A DNA stretch of 62,685 nt, counting the filler, from Sphacelaria rigidula (taxonomy: Eukaryota), in NCBI GenBank assembly GCA_964200075.2. It is 7 parts of 7 records of this genome, joined end to end, with 100 filler letters (N's around TTAATTAATTAA, not from the genome) between each part and the next. Parts side by side here need not be neighbours in the genome. Positions count along the whole stretch, not along the records: positions 1 to 8,870 come from CAXNAA020009881.1; positions 8,971 to 17,840 come from CAXNAA020009882.1; 5 more parts are not named here. The stretch is one strand, 5' to 3'. The notes under the pieces are model-generated. The model was not told the DNA's origin. It did no database searches and saw only the letters and a list, made by a program, of their open reading frames with translations. The translations under genes and the position numbers were made by a program. This document shows positions 1 through 11,982 of the stretch, piece by piece (positions within the stretch are counted from its first letter, which is position 1; the number at the start of each line of letters is the position of its first letter).

Positions 1-551
1 ACGAAGATTTTAATCCTCCGGGTTCTAATCCTCAATGAAAAGCACCATCCTCAACAACATAGATGATCGGCTGTTTTAAGGGCTCGTATAAACATGACGG
101 ACTTTACTTATGGGACAGAGGAAGTACACATCCTACTATCCTCCTGTCCATGCTTTCACAGCAGCTATGGTACTTTCGGGGCAGAGCTCGCACACCCTAG
201 CGTGTGAGTTGATATTGCACGCATGTCACATCGACACTTACCTCAGCTATACGTAATAGTCTAACGTCAAGTCACTAGTTTCGAACAGGAATAAGCATGA
301 AATTTTAGCTTCATACATACTTTATATGGGATTCAGTGCCCCCACTCCCCCCACCTGCTCCCTCGAGAGCCGAGAATGAAAAAATTACTGTAGTAATAAT
401 GGTGCTGAGGTCGAGGTCGATTCTTTACTACCCTTGGTTACATCCTTCGCGAGTAGGTTATTCAGGCGAATCGGATTAGTGTGCAACTCCCGGGCGCCCT
501 GCACTCGCGGGGCCCCCGAATATACGGATGGTAGTTTATCTTCTTCACTTA

Positions 552-633
552 CCTCGTACGACGCTGTACTTATGTATTGCGACAACCGCAGTACGGCAGA
601 GTAGATGAGCCCATCGTATGACCAAAAAAAGTA
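552..633 (-). CDS. Possible small exon of an unidentified gene divergent from the KDM4-like gene
   Basis: ttcag|A TAC TTT ... TAC GAG|gtaagt gives YFFWSYDGLIYSAVLRLSQYISTASYE. Other minus-strand gtaagt donors lie near 241 and 1096. No family recognised. Confidence 0.3.
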
Positions 634-1424
634 TCTGAATAATACCATGTCTCTCTCCTCACGAGCACAGCAAAATTAGCATCATATTCAGCATGATACT
701 GCTCGTGCGGAACAACCGCGAAGATGGGACATTCTCGTCCCCCCGGTACATGTGCGGTTATTGCCGTGGCTGGTTTGGAGTTATATATAGCAACGGAGTT
801 ATCTCCACCCTCCCTGCACTGCGGCGAAGAGCATGGGCAAATGGTGTCTTGGAATCGAGAAAGGAGCGTAAGAGCTCGAGAACACGTGACGGCGTGAAGA
901 CAACCGTGAATCGGACCTCGGCCACAAACGAGATGAGACTGCGGCGTCGAGAGCCCCCAATTATTGGAGAGCTGCCACCACTAACATATCACTTGTTGCT
1001 ACGATCGAGGATTGTCCATTTGCTCTGTCGCACGTCCAGTCAAGAAGTGCACAATGATCCAATACATGAAAAAATCTGAAGCAGTAGGTAACTTACCCGC
1101 GACTATGACGCGCGCACTCACAGAGGAGAATGAGCGGCCAAGACGTCGTATACATTAGTCAATCTGGAGGACGTCGTATGACCCGCGGTAGAAACGACGG
1201 GCACTGACAGGCTATATCGAGCCAAAAGTGAAATTTAATAAAGTAACGAGGCAAGAAAGCAGTTCGACGCGGCACCCAAACCAAAGCCTTTTATGCGCTC
1301 CTCCAGGCTTGAGACGAGTAGCTGGTCAGCTCTGCGAGCGATAAAAGCGTTGAAAGCAAAATCACCGTCTATTGGTTGATACAAGCGGGAAGAGGGTCGA
1401 GTTTAGGGTGGCATAGACCAAAAC

Positions 1425-1560
1425 ATGGCGGAAACGACATGCCCAGTCTTTCGGCCTACCGAGCAAGAGTTCAGGGACTTCCGGCGGTACATGGAAGAAG
1501 TGATCGACCTACATTCAGCTTCCAGAAAGGCGGGGCTGTGTAAAGTCATCCCTCCCCCAG
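1425..1560 (+). CDS. Exon 1 of a JmjN/JmjC histone lysine demethylase (KDM4/JMJD2-like)
   Basis: ATG at 1425 reads MAETTCPVFRPTEQEFRDFRRYMEEVIDLHSASRKAGLCKVIPPP, the JmjN signature (PVFRPT.EEF.DF..Y ... G.CKVIPP). It ends CCA G|gtctgt, a phase-1 donor. Too short to appear in the ORF track. Confidence 0.92.
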
Positions 1561-3083
1561 GTCTGTGTGCATGTGTATCTTAGGACAGGCGATGTGCCTT
1601 CGGTACCGCGCTCTACTGCTCGTACTACTCTGCGGTGATTTTTGTCGAGTGTTGCGGCTCAGTTTTACACGGCACATACTGTCTGTACAGTCACAAGTTC
1701 AGTTCAGGTTCACAGTGCATTTACAGTTTCAGAACTAAAGAGGCCAATTATCGCTTCTTCTGAAACTCAGTAAATAAGCGAAGACGGGCGCTTATACTTT
1801 GAACGAATAAACCAGTATTGTGCATGGTTGACGCTGTAAAATTGCGCGAAACGACACGCAGGGAGACGATGGGAGGGGGGAGCGGCAGCGAAGAGTTCTT
1901 GTCGACATTTTCCACAACCACCAGTTCTTGTACGTGGTGTGGGTATACAGTCGGTACGTGTACGATTTTCAAGGTGACCCGATGTGTCGAACAGGCACTC
2001 TCCAGCGCGGTGTCATATGAGAGGAGAGCGAGGGTGGGATAAGGGGGGGGGGGGGGGGGGAGCGAGAAGCAGGGCCAAGATATCCAAGCGCCGTGACTGT
2101 AGTTGTATCTTATAGTAAGAAATCGGAAAGTAGCCAATAAGCCTGTACGTTTTGGATCGCCTTCTGCAAGATGTTACTGCTCCTCGAAACAGAGTAAAGC
2201 ACACTATTATATGCAGCACAGCAGGTGCACTACTGTTGTGATACACCACAGTGCAGCTAGCAGGGGAGGGTACGCCCCCAGCCCTCAGCTGCCCTTCTTG
2301 CTTCTACCGATGTACTACTCAGTCACGCATCCCCTGTACAAGTACCGTCCGTGTTGTTGCTGCACGCGAACCGCTGTTATGCGGCCTCCTGCCATAGAGG
2401 TGAACCGGGAGGGGGGCTAAGTCGTGCTACTGGGTCAAAAATAGAGTCGTGTGCCCCATGTCAATAGTCGTGTGCCCTACCCGTATGCCTCCCACCCCCC
2501 ACAATGTTGAGCGCCGCAACGGCGTCCTCAATGATGCTGGGAACAGTCGCCGTCAATTCCGTCTACAATCCTTTTGTCGCTTTTGAAGATTTGCGGGCCG
2601 TGAGCGCAGAACTACGGTACAGTCAGTACATGAGGAGTAGTAACACTTGCCCCCTGGCCGCACAGGTGTTGAGCGTTTCGCCGTACGTACACTGGTGCTA
2701 CAGACGATACCGTCACCCCCCCCCCGCGCGCGCGCGCCCCCTTTCATGTCCCCATCATGTTTCACTGTATATTCACGGCTCGTTATCTGTACCAGCAAAC
2801 CCACTCTATGAGAAACGGGTGCGCGGGTGAGGCGCTGATTTTGCGGCAGGTATCATCAGATTTAGCCAAGCACGTGCTCGGCGGTGGTGCCACCCAAATA
2901 GATCAAAATAAAATCCGTGCTGTTCGCACCTTGCTGTACTAGTTTTGCTCTCTGTACAGCAGCGGCAGCGGGGAGGCGGGGATCCATTAAAGCATCGCCG
3001 GGTGTCAAGCCCATCTTGCTATATGTACTCCTCGGAAATTTCATCGTTTGTACAAGCAAAGGAAGGCTTGTGGGAGCGAAATA

Positions 3084-3085
<2 letters not shown>

Positions 3086-3126
<41 letters not shown>

Positions 3127-3134
3127 TGTGTGTG
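3086..3134. repeat. (GT)n microsatellite
   Basis: GT dinucleotide run with one interruption. Confidence 0.95.
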
Positions 3135-3878
3135 TTCCGGTGGAGGACGCGACAAACGCCACTTTCCCTTGAAGCCAGAAATACGTTGCACCCTGTGCAC
3201 TATTTTGTGAAGCATAACGTCATGTCGCATGACCGTAACGTAACCTTCACAGCGATGAAAAATATGTTCGCGCTGACTCATTCCTTGCGGCGGTGTTGCC
3301 TATGGTTTGATAACGTACTTCTGTTTCATCAGAGTGCTTGCAAAACAAGTTCAGCGGAGAGAGTTAACTCGTTGCCGTGTCCGAGAACCTCGGAGTACCG
3401 CGGTGGCCACAAGCGCGAGAATCACGTTGCGAGGGCCCTCGATTCGACTTTCGGTATACTCTCTTCGGCTGGTACCTGCAGTATGTCGTGAATCCCAACG
3501 GGCATACAACAAAAAAATGCCCCCAAACACGACCAGCGCTTGCTGTGCACAACAGCTCCCCGGCAGGAACAACTTCCACCTCATGCCCGTGCAAACAATA
3601 CACTTGCGGAGAGAAATCGGGGAGGGGGGGGGAGGCTGTTGCACATAATGCCAAGATGCAATCTCCTGTGCTGCCGATTATGTTCCGTCGCTGCTGCTTG
3701 TACACTGACTGTACAGCAGACAAGCGCAAGTCTCTACTTGCTGGCTGTACTATCCCGCACTGCGGTGCCGCCCAATGTTGTACTGGGTGTACTGCCTCTG
3801 AGCAGGGGGTGTACAGAGGCGCAAGTCCACAAGCATTTTCTTTCAAGTTTTAGGGTGAATGTTGTGTTCGAAAATGTA

Positions 3879-4136
3879 CACGGTTCGGACGAATCATCAC
3901 GGGTTCGAATCACCAAATCCACGATTTATTCGGCCTGATGGCCCAAAAGGGAGAAAGAAATTGAACGCTGGTCCAAGGGGTATCCGCGCAACTTTTGCGC
4001 CATTCCACGTGTCTGGGCTGCGTATACCTGGGTTGCAACGCTGAAAACAAAGCTCAGGAATTGATTCGTACAATTCGAATCGATTGCACCAAAACCAAGT
4101 AACTTCCAGACGAATCATTGATTTGTCCGACCCTTG
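3879..4136 (-). mobile_element. MITE family A (hAT/P-type, 8-bp TSD)
   Basis: Imperfect TIRs cacggttcggacgaat / atttgtccgacccttg, with a perfect 8-bp TSD aaaatgta (3871-3878 and 4137-4144). Homologous copies at 6191-6453, 8238-8502, 17941-18003, 42767-43022 and 62588-end. Confidence 0.9.
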
Positions 4137-6190
4137 AAAATGTAGCACAACTGTGCGTGCGTGTTTGTGCGAGAGAAAACGAAACGCACTACGGCACGTG
4201 ACACAACCAAGCCTGACCATGCCGTCTGTATATCACACGTCTGTATATCACACGATCATATCTCCTGTTCAAGATGCGAACAGTCATACCCATTGAACTT
4301 TGTCTGTAGGGGTGGTGAGTGTCTTGCCGCCGCTTCGTACCCCGGCCGCACAGCAGACAGTGGCGGGGGTACCGGCCAAATGTCCATCTGTACTTGACTG
4401 TCCGGTGGTACACGAATCCCCTTACTTGCATGTTCGTCGATGTGCTTGGTGGTCAAAGCTTGGTGGGAATACGAAAATAGCTAGATGGTATCCGTACCCA
4501 AAGGTCGAAGAAGTTTCGCGTCCCGCACCACCCCGTCTGCTTTCGAGTGTAGTGGTCATGGGGATATTCAGCCAACCTCTGACGACCTTAAGAGCACGGC
4601 TGGTCGCTACTTGCCACAATATACTAGAATCTGGCAACAGTGCGATCGTTAGCTTCTGAGATCTACACGGAAAACTGGGGTCATTTGCGGGAGGGGGGCG
4701 TACTCATTTGTTGCTTGTCTTGGTCGTTTGACATTTGACCATGCATCCCTTTCGAGACGGAGCACCGTTCCTACTCCTAATAGGGACACCTCCAACATTT
4801 AGGTGCTCATTGCGTTTTTTCCATACACTACACAAAAACCCTTCACATATCTTATCCCCGTCCTGTTTCGCTGTCTGGCACCATCATCTATCTCCTAGTA
4901 TAGCCATCGTTTTCTCGCTATTGTCTAATGCATAAAACGGCTTCATGCCACCGGGTCACTCGGAGGGAGGATTGAATCATGAGAAGGACGACATCGGGGG
5001 AGAAATTGCTACCCCCCACAACTTTCTCCAACTTGCGGGTTTGCAGGTAGTCTCCACGCAGTCCCCTTGTTCCTTTCCTGCCTTTGCATCCTTCGAGTTT
5101 GGCTTCCTTCCTATGTTTCCTGTTTTTCAAGTGCGGATGCTACAATACGTGTTTGCTGGCAAGGGTACGGCAGTGCGGTTGTCAAGTTCAACCCTTTTCC
5201 CCCCGTTGAGGCTCTGATCTGACCGGCGATTCGTTTCGTTTCCCAGTTCTCTCGTACGTTCGCCTTCTCCTGTACGTCGTGTTCCTGTTCGTGTGCTAAA
5301 TACAAGTAATCCGTCAAATAGATTAATGTCGTGCTTCATTTTGTTCTGATCTGCGCCGCTCGTTCCGCGTTGTTGTTTTTTCAAATCTACTGATACTGAA
5401 GTATCATCATGGTATTGGTATTCATCGCCCAGCTTATGTTCCCATATGAAGAAGTCTTACGGCTTTGATTGATTTTCCCCATCCACGAATACTCTCGCAA
5501 TAAAGACCCCGAGAAAATGAGAAGTACAAATGGCTCAGCTCGTGTTCTTGGTCTCGTCTTGACCTGTGTAACCAGAAGAGATGATGGAAGTAAAGTATCT
5601 TCGCCGGCTTGCGGTGAGGATTTTGTTTCACATTTTTTGCTGACGTCTCTCTTGCGTGCGCTGTTTGCCGAAGTCAACCTTCTCCGCTGATTACTCGTTC
5701 GGGAGATTGTGGTGGAGAACTCGGGCTGCTCGTCTCCCGCCATTTTTACGATTTTTTTGTTGGTCCGGCTCTCAAGTGTTTGATGCATTTTTTCCATGTA
5801 TTCCGGTGTTATTGCCGGGTTTCGCATATGGCATATCGTGGTCGGGGAGCAAATAGGATCATCTCTTCGTGTTGCCAACGTGAAAAGGCGATAAGTCCTC
5901 CTCGACAGAGTCTTGCTGTATTTTTACACTCCGTGTATAGGTTATTATCCACACCTGCACATTTTTTGTCTGGAAGGCACAGAATGAGGAGTACCTGCCA
6001 GCCCCGAGGTGTGCATGTAAACAACTATTAATACATGTAAAGTCGCGGATTATGACGGATACACACCGTAACAGGTTCTTGTACGTGGGCGGGTGCTGTG
6101 TGTGTGGTGTTTTAAGCGTGTGCGTCTCATGCGTGTGACTTGTACCGTTCGTAGCTACCTACAACACCCCACCCGACTCTGCAGCGATTT

Positions 6191-6453
6191 CAAAAGGGGT
6201 CAGATGAAATCATCGCCTGTTCGAATCACCAAATCTACGACTTTTGAGGCCTGGTCGTTCGAAATAGAGAAGAAAGTTGACCGCGGGTACTATACGTCTC
6301 CACCCAAACTTTGCGCTATTCCACGTGCCTGGGGTGCGCGTACCTGGGGCCCAACGCTGGAAATGAAACCCCCAAGGATTGATTCGTACGGTACAAATCA
6401 ATGACACCAAAATCAAGTAGTTTCCAGACCAATCATCATATGTGCGACCCTTG
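6191..6453 (-). mobile_element. MITE family A, degenerate copy
   Basis: Colinear with 3879-4136 (ttcgaatcaccaaatc, gattgattcgtac, ttccagac, gacccttg end). Confidence 0.8.
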
Positions 6454-6506
6454 AAACCTCAACCCTATCCCACGCCCATGGTCGCGCGGTGCACGTTGGA
6501 AGGGTG

Positions 6507-6712
6507 CAAGGGCAGGTCGAGTAGAGTATACTTAATTGCGGGGTATTTTGAAAATCGTACTTGAAGTGCACAAATTGGGGGTTGGGTTCAAGGGATCGCT
6601 TTCCAGTTATTTTTTGGGTACGAGTTCTAACACTCTACCCTAATTTGAGTACCTCTAGTATGTCTTTTTAAAATACCCCGCAACTGAGTATACTCTATTC
6701 AACCTGCCCTTG
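6507..6712. mobile_element. MITE family B (long TIR starting CAAGG, 8-bp TSD)
   Basis: TIR caagggcaggtcgagtagagtatac...gcggggtatttt versus aaaataccccgc...gtatactctattcaacctgcccttg. Perfect TSD gaagggtg at 6499-6506 and 6713-6720. A partial copy lies at 8971-9046. Confidence 0.92.
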
Positions 6713-6739
6713 GAAGGGTGCACATCTGTTGACCGCATT

Positions 6740-6990
6740 TTTTTATTTTTTTCCCTTGAAGGAAGAAGGAAACCTCACTCAACACTTGACACGTATCCCG
6801 CAAGCGGGTTCTTGTGCCAATTACCCGGAGGCTCGTTAGACCGCCTCGCGGCAGTCATGTGGGGTGGGCGCCTCGAGTGTTCGGAAGCTTTGTTCGAGGT
6901 CAGTGTGGGGACCCAATCCACTAAAATTGGCAGCTTGGCGCAGTGCACGCCCTGCCCTACTTCCATGAGCTTCGGCCCTGTTGACTGCGA
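6740..6990 (-). mobile_element. 5'-truncated poly(A)-tailed retroposon 3' end (second copy ~33050-33300)
   Basis: Both loci share ttttcc(c)ttgaagga...cccgcaagcgggtt...cctcgcggca...gtcatgtgggg next to a T-run, which is poly(A) on the minus strand. Confidence 0.6.
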
Positions 6991-7030
6991 TGTGGTGTGC
7001 CGTACTGGCTGTCCTATCTATACTTCTTCT

Positions 7031-7332
7031 TTTTTTTCTCACACTTTGAACCCCTCCCCTTCCCAGGGATGAGTCCGTGGTCTCAAGGGATCAACCCATC
7101 TCAACCCCGGTACGCGCCTTACATTTTGGTCTCGCGGATTGAATAAGCACTCCCGCACCGCGTCAACTCACGTCACACGAACCCAGTCGACTACTTTGTT
7201 TACTCACGTTCGCACGCTTTCCACGGTGGAAATCATACGTTCCGAAGAAAGAACCCAACGCGTTGGGAATCGGACCCCCGTTCTCTCCACCCCAATGGCG
7301 ACAGTCGGACCATTACACCACCGGGGCGCGGC
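7031..7332 (-). mobile_element. tRNA-derived SINE family 2
   Basis: Reverse complement of 60915-61230. The head has A box TGGTGTAATGG and B box GGTCCGATTCCC, followed by an A-rich tail. Confidence 0.82.
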
Positions 7333-7716
7333 AAAGTACTGCAGACCTTTTTTGTTTCATCTGGGCAATGCGGTTCGCGAGGGTGTCTATTATAGTGCAT
7401 CGGGGCTAGCTGCGTTGATAGGGTATACAATGTGGACTATCTGCGTTGGTAGGGTGAACATCCTAGCTGTGTGCGTCGGTAGGCATACATGTCTTGTCGG
7501 ACGGCGCCAGTAATGAGTGACATGAGGTCGGAGGCGGGTGGCTGAGACACCGCCGCCGTACCATGTGTTCGACATTTTCCAATGGTGTGCATGTAGAGCT
7601 AGCTGCATGCACGCCACGGTGGGCTTTACTTCCTCTGCGCCATACGTGAAGTATTTTGCGTTTACACGGGCCCTTAATGGTCCCCAACCTCGACTGTTCT
7701 GGGTAATGACTCACAG

Positions 7717-7790
7717 GGTGGGCGGCGAAGCGACGGGATGCAGCGGAAGAGCTTTGCAAGTCCGTACACATCCCGGCGCCGATACAACAG
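7717..7790 (+). CDS. Exon 2 of the KDM4/JMJD2-like demethylase
   Basis: cacag|GG TGG GCG ... ATA CAA CAG|gtgaat. The phase-1 start completes Gly with exon 1, giving GWAAKRRDAAEELCKSVHIPAPIQQ. IPAPIQQ matches the KDM4 post-JmjN motif. Intron 1 is 1561-7716. Confidence 0.88.
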
Positions 7791-7972
7791 GTGAATGCTC
7801 CATATGTGCAAATTTCACGAGCGGATATTTTTCCGGCAACAATTTGGTTTGGATCGCCTCCCCCCTCCCCCCTCCGCCGTCTCAATACGGATGAGTAGTC
7901 AGTGATCAAATAACGAAGGCGAGCAGCAAATGAGTACCCCCCCCGGCACGTGCGCGCGCGCCCTCACCGCTG

Positions 7973-8767
7973 AATGATTGGTACCATCACTTTGAACGAA
8001 GACAGAGGGAAACCGGCGTTCTCATCTCTAGTTGAGAGGGCTGCTGGCCTGTTGTTGTTGAACCTCCTGGAACACGTGAACTCTTATTCTATGCCTCCCT
8101 CCATGTCACCGGTTTGTCTCCGTTGTCTCTTGTCGATCTACCTCTCCCTCTCTTCGGCTGTACGTCAGTCTGTATATGTGTATGTCTGTGTTAAAGCATA
8201 TCTCCCCCCGTATACCCGTATGCGTGTCGTTTTCTTCCAAGGGTCGGACAAATAATGATTCGTCTGGAAATTACTTGGTTTTAGTATGATTAGTCGACTC
8301 GTGACGAATCAATCCCTAGGCTTTATTTCAGCGTTGCAACCCAGGTACATGCAGCCCAGCCCAGACATGTGGAATGGCGCAAAAGTTGCGTGGACACACA
8401 CCCCTTGGACCGGCGATCAACTTTTTTCTCCCTTTTGGGCAATCAGGCCGAAGAAATCGTGAATTTGGTGATTTTGAGTCGTGATGATTTGTCCTAACCG
8501 TGAATGATTGGCACCATCAGTTTGAACGAAGACAGAGGGAAACTGGCGTTCTCATCTCTCGTTGAGAGGGCTGCTGGCCTGTTGTTGTTGAACCTCCTTC
8601 AATACGTGAACTCTCATTATATCCCTCTCTCTCCATGTCATCGATTTGTCTCCGTTGTCTCTTGTCGATCTACCTCTCACTCTCTTCGGGTGTACGTCAG
8701 TCTATATATGTGTATGTGTGTTGAAGCATATCTCTCCGCGTATGCCCGTACGCGTGTCGTTTTCTCG
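7973..8767 (+). repeat. ~265-bp direct duplication (7973-8237 / 8503-8767) flanking a MITE family A copy (8238-8502)
   Basis: Both copies start aatgattgg(t/c)accatca and end gcgtgtcgttttct. The MITE termini abut the two copies exactly. Confidence 0.9.
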
Positions 8768-8870
8768 TGTCTCCCGCGCTCCCCCCCTTCTCATTTTGTC
8801 ATTGTCCACGTGTTTTTTTTTGTCATCAATTGACCCCCGAACGCAACGCACGCACACATGAAACAAAAAC

Positions 8871-8970
8871 NNNNNNNNNNNNNNNNNNNNNNNNNNNNNN
8901 NNNNNNNNNNNNNNTTAATTAATTAANNNNNNNNNNNNNNNNNNNNNNNNNNNNNNNNNNNNNNNNNNNN
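8871..8970. other. Artificial contig-join spacer (N-run with TTAATTAATTAA); also at 17841-17940, 26810-26909, 35779-35878, 44748-44847 and 53717-53816
   Basis: Identical 100-nt spacers carry a six-frame stop linker, and the intervening segments are all 8869-8870 bp. Confidence 0.98.
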
Positions 8971-9289
8971 ACCCCCAATTTGTGTACTCTAAGTACGACT
9001 TTCAAAATACCCCGCAATTGAGTATACTCTACTCGACCTGCACTTGAAAATTTCCCATCTATTTTTCGGAGAAATCTGCCGTCATTCCTACTTCCTCAAA
9101 GAAAAAAACCTGAACAATAGTTCCGACGGCATTTCTCGGAGAAAATCCTAGTCAGACTTCAATTGACATATTATATTGCCTCACCTGGTTGAGAAATCTT
9201 CTCTCACGTTTTTCGAGAAAAAGTTTGGTGTCCGAAAAATCAGGAGATTTCGCAAAAAAAAAAAAAAGGATACGTCAATAGTACGTACC

Positions 9290-9800
9290 CCTAACAAGAG
9301 AAGCTGCGCGTAAAATAAGGCAAGACAGCATGACAGCACCAACCCAACAACACGAAAAGGTACACCTTGCGATCCATTAACATCGTGCGGTGGATGAGTG
9401 CAAAACACGAACGCTAGCAATATGTCTGGGTGCCGCTCACCCCTCATTCTCCGCTCCAGCGAGCCGACACTCTCCACCAAGCGTGGCAAATCCCCCTCGA
9501 GCATGGCGAGCCTCTCCGACAATCCCATCAAATTCTCCTTCCTCTCGAAACCAGCTGTACACCATCACGGCAAAGTGCGGGACAATCAAACACTGGGGGG
9601 TTTAGACTCACTGTCGGACGATGTATCGAGCCATCAGTGTATATGCCCGTGAAACGCGAGCAACAACAGCAACGCTGCGCTGCACTTTCGCCGCGCTCTG
9701 TTCAATATATATTTTTTATACCCCGGCGTGCGGGCAGCTCGGCCCGTTGGCATGAGAGGGTATTCATCAACGTTTGCATAAGAAGGTTTCAGCTTTTTTC
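9290..9800. repeat. Dispersed repeat, diverged direct copy at ~12858-13355
   Basis: Shared blocks: agctgcgcgta, gcatgacagcacca, catcgtgcggtggatgagtgca, caccatcacggcaa, ggggtttagactc.ctgtcggacgatgtatcgagccatcag. Confidence 0.85.
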
Positions 9801-9953
9801 TTTCTCTTTCGGGAAAAAAAAATACTTTTCCTCGCGAAAAAAATGCTGAAAAAGCACGTCAAAGTTCGATTTTTACAGAAATTCGTGGTCAGTATTTGAA
9901 TTCATCTGTTGCTTGACCTGGTCAATATAAAATAATAAAACCTACTCGAACCG

Positions 9954-10312
9954 GCCGCCCCGGTGGCTCAGTTGGTGACCTCTAAACCTTCTGACGGATG
10001 GGTCGTGGGTTCAAATCTCGGAGCGATCTCGGATTTTTTCTGACACCATGCCCAACAGTGGCGAGTGATTATGTCGTGGGCACACAAAAGTCGACTAACC
10101 GTCGACGAGGGAAAGGGATTGCTGGACACTTCTCGCGATGAAGAAAAGGCAAGCACCGCAGAAGGAAGGTGGGGGTACTAAAAAGAAATAAAAAAAGAAA
10201 AAGCTCCTGTGTTGACCTTCCTCCTGTGTGACTCCGGCTGGTGCACCCACATGTACCGAAAGGCGTAGACCGGCGTCCAGAATAGACGGGACGACAACAC
10301 ACAACAACAACA
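9954..10312 (+). mobile_element. tRNA-derived SINE family 1
   Basis: Head cgccccggTGGCTCAGTTGG (A box) ... GGGTTCAAATC (B box), then a ~280-bp body and an ACA/CAA-rich tail. Copies at 10996-11368, 16613-17775 (interrupted) and 61796-62146. Confidence 0.88.
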
Positions 10313-10995
10313 CTCTTACTTGTTCGGAGAAAATGTGTTGCTTTCTCCAGGTATTAGTAGTTTTCGGGGGGGACGGGGGGGAGTCCTGTCGAAAATACCC
10401 CTAAATGAGGTCGCCAAAGGGCAGAACTGACGAGTCCACCTTCAGTCCAAGTCGTATCTAGTATTGTGAAGATAATTTGCTGCATGTTTCTGCCCAAGAC
10501 ATAGCTGCACAACACACGACGCAGCGCCCCTCTACTGCCCCTTGCCAGTGCAGCACGTGGGAGAGCAGAGAGTATAGCAAGCGGGTGAAGCTACCGGCAT
10601 GGCTACGACGCAACCGACGAATGCATGTTCCAAATGTGTGTTGAACCGAACAACGACCAGAGATAGATACACCATCGCCCCACATGACGTGCCAGATATC
10701 GAACACTCTGTGAAATAAACCCGTCCTTCATCCTCTATCCCACAATGTTGACGCCTACTGGCCGTGCCGCCGCTGCCACCTCGACTTCGTCATCGTAAAG
10801 GCCGCCGACGATTGCTGCGGCCACCGGCGATGGGAAGTGGGGAAGAAACGATCAACACGCTAACGAAAATATTTTCATGACACATGTGAGACTGTCACTG
10901 AATGTCCCTCGATGTGGGTATGCACCACAGACTGCCGTCAAATTCTCAGTGTTTAGCTTGTAGTGTGTAAAAGGAATATGATACTCGACCCTGCC

Positions 10996-11368
10996 GATCG
11001 CCCCGGCGGCTCAGTTGGTAACCTCGAAACCTCTTGACTGTCGGGTCGTGGGTCCGAATCTCGGTGGAGTAGCACGATCGGTGTTTTTTTTTTTTCTCAA
11101 ACCATGCCCAACAGTGGAGAGCGACCATGTCGTGGTTACACAAAATTCGACTCCACGGTCGACGACGCAAAGGGAGTGCTGAACCCCTCTTGCGATGAAA
11201 AAAAAGGCAAGCACCGCGGAAGGGAGGTGAAGTACTTCAACAACAAAAAATACTACTCTGCTGGCCTTCCTACTGTGGAACCCCGGCTGATGCATCCACA
11301 TACACCGAAAAGGTCTAGACTGGCGTCCAGATTTGATGGGATGGCAACATACCACACAACAACACACA
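10996..11368 (+). mobile_element. tRNA-derived SINE family 1
   Basis: cgccccggcggctcagttggtaacc...gggtccgaatctcgg head, with the same body and acacaacaacacaca tail. Confidence 0.87.
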
Positions 11369-11795
11369 TTCGGCGACGTGTGCTGCGACACCGAGTAAAC
11401 TTGCAACATACATGGAAACACCCGCTAAAAAAAATCAAAAATGGAGAAAAAGACGGGGGGGAGGAGGGCAGCGGGGGGAGTGAACAAGAAAGAAGGAACC
11501 AATCACAATGTCCCGGGAAAGAAAAAACGAAGACAGAACGTGAAGCAAAAAGGATTGCAGAAAAACGTCGGGCATGGGAAACTGCACCGCCTCTTCGTGT
11601 TTTTCCGTCTCATTTTTTGTCCGTCCCGTTCCTCTGACCGACTCCGTCATCTCAAGGGATCAACCCATCTATTGCGAACTCAAGTCTCCCAGTATAGCCA
11701 TCATTCTCTCCTTACTGTCTAATGCATCATACGATTTCATGCCATCTCCGTTTACTTCCCGCATTTCCCACTCCAGCACGTCCTGTTCCTCCTTG

Positions 11796-11951
11796 TATAG
11801 GTCACATTGTGCCACTATATGAGCCGGGATATTTTTTCAGCTGGTTTGTTTTCTGAGGAGCGGGATACATATATATATATATATAGGTCACATTCTGCCA
11901 CTATATGAGCCGGGATATTTTTTCAGCTGGTTTGTTTTCTGAGGAGCGGGA

Positions 11952-11981
<30 letters not shown>
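11796..11981. repeat. Tandem duplication of a ~86-bp unit ending in (TA)n
   Basis: tataggtcacatt(g/c)tgccactatatgagccgggat...gagcgggatacatatata occurs twice, near-identical. Confidence 0.9.

Positions 11982-11982
<1 letters not shown>

Noticed and set aside
5387-6020. Degraded non-LTR retrotransposon ORF2 C-terminus on the minus strand
   Set aside because: There is only a vague zinc-knuckle-like remnant (TICHMRNPAITPEYM) across broken frames, too weak to call without a profile search.
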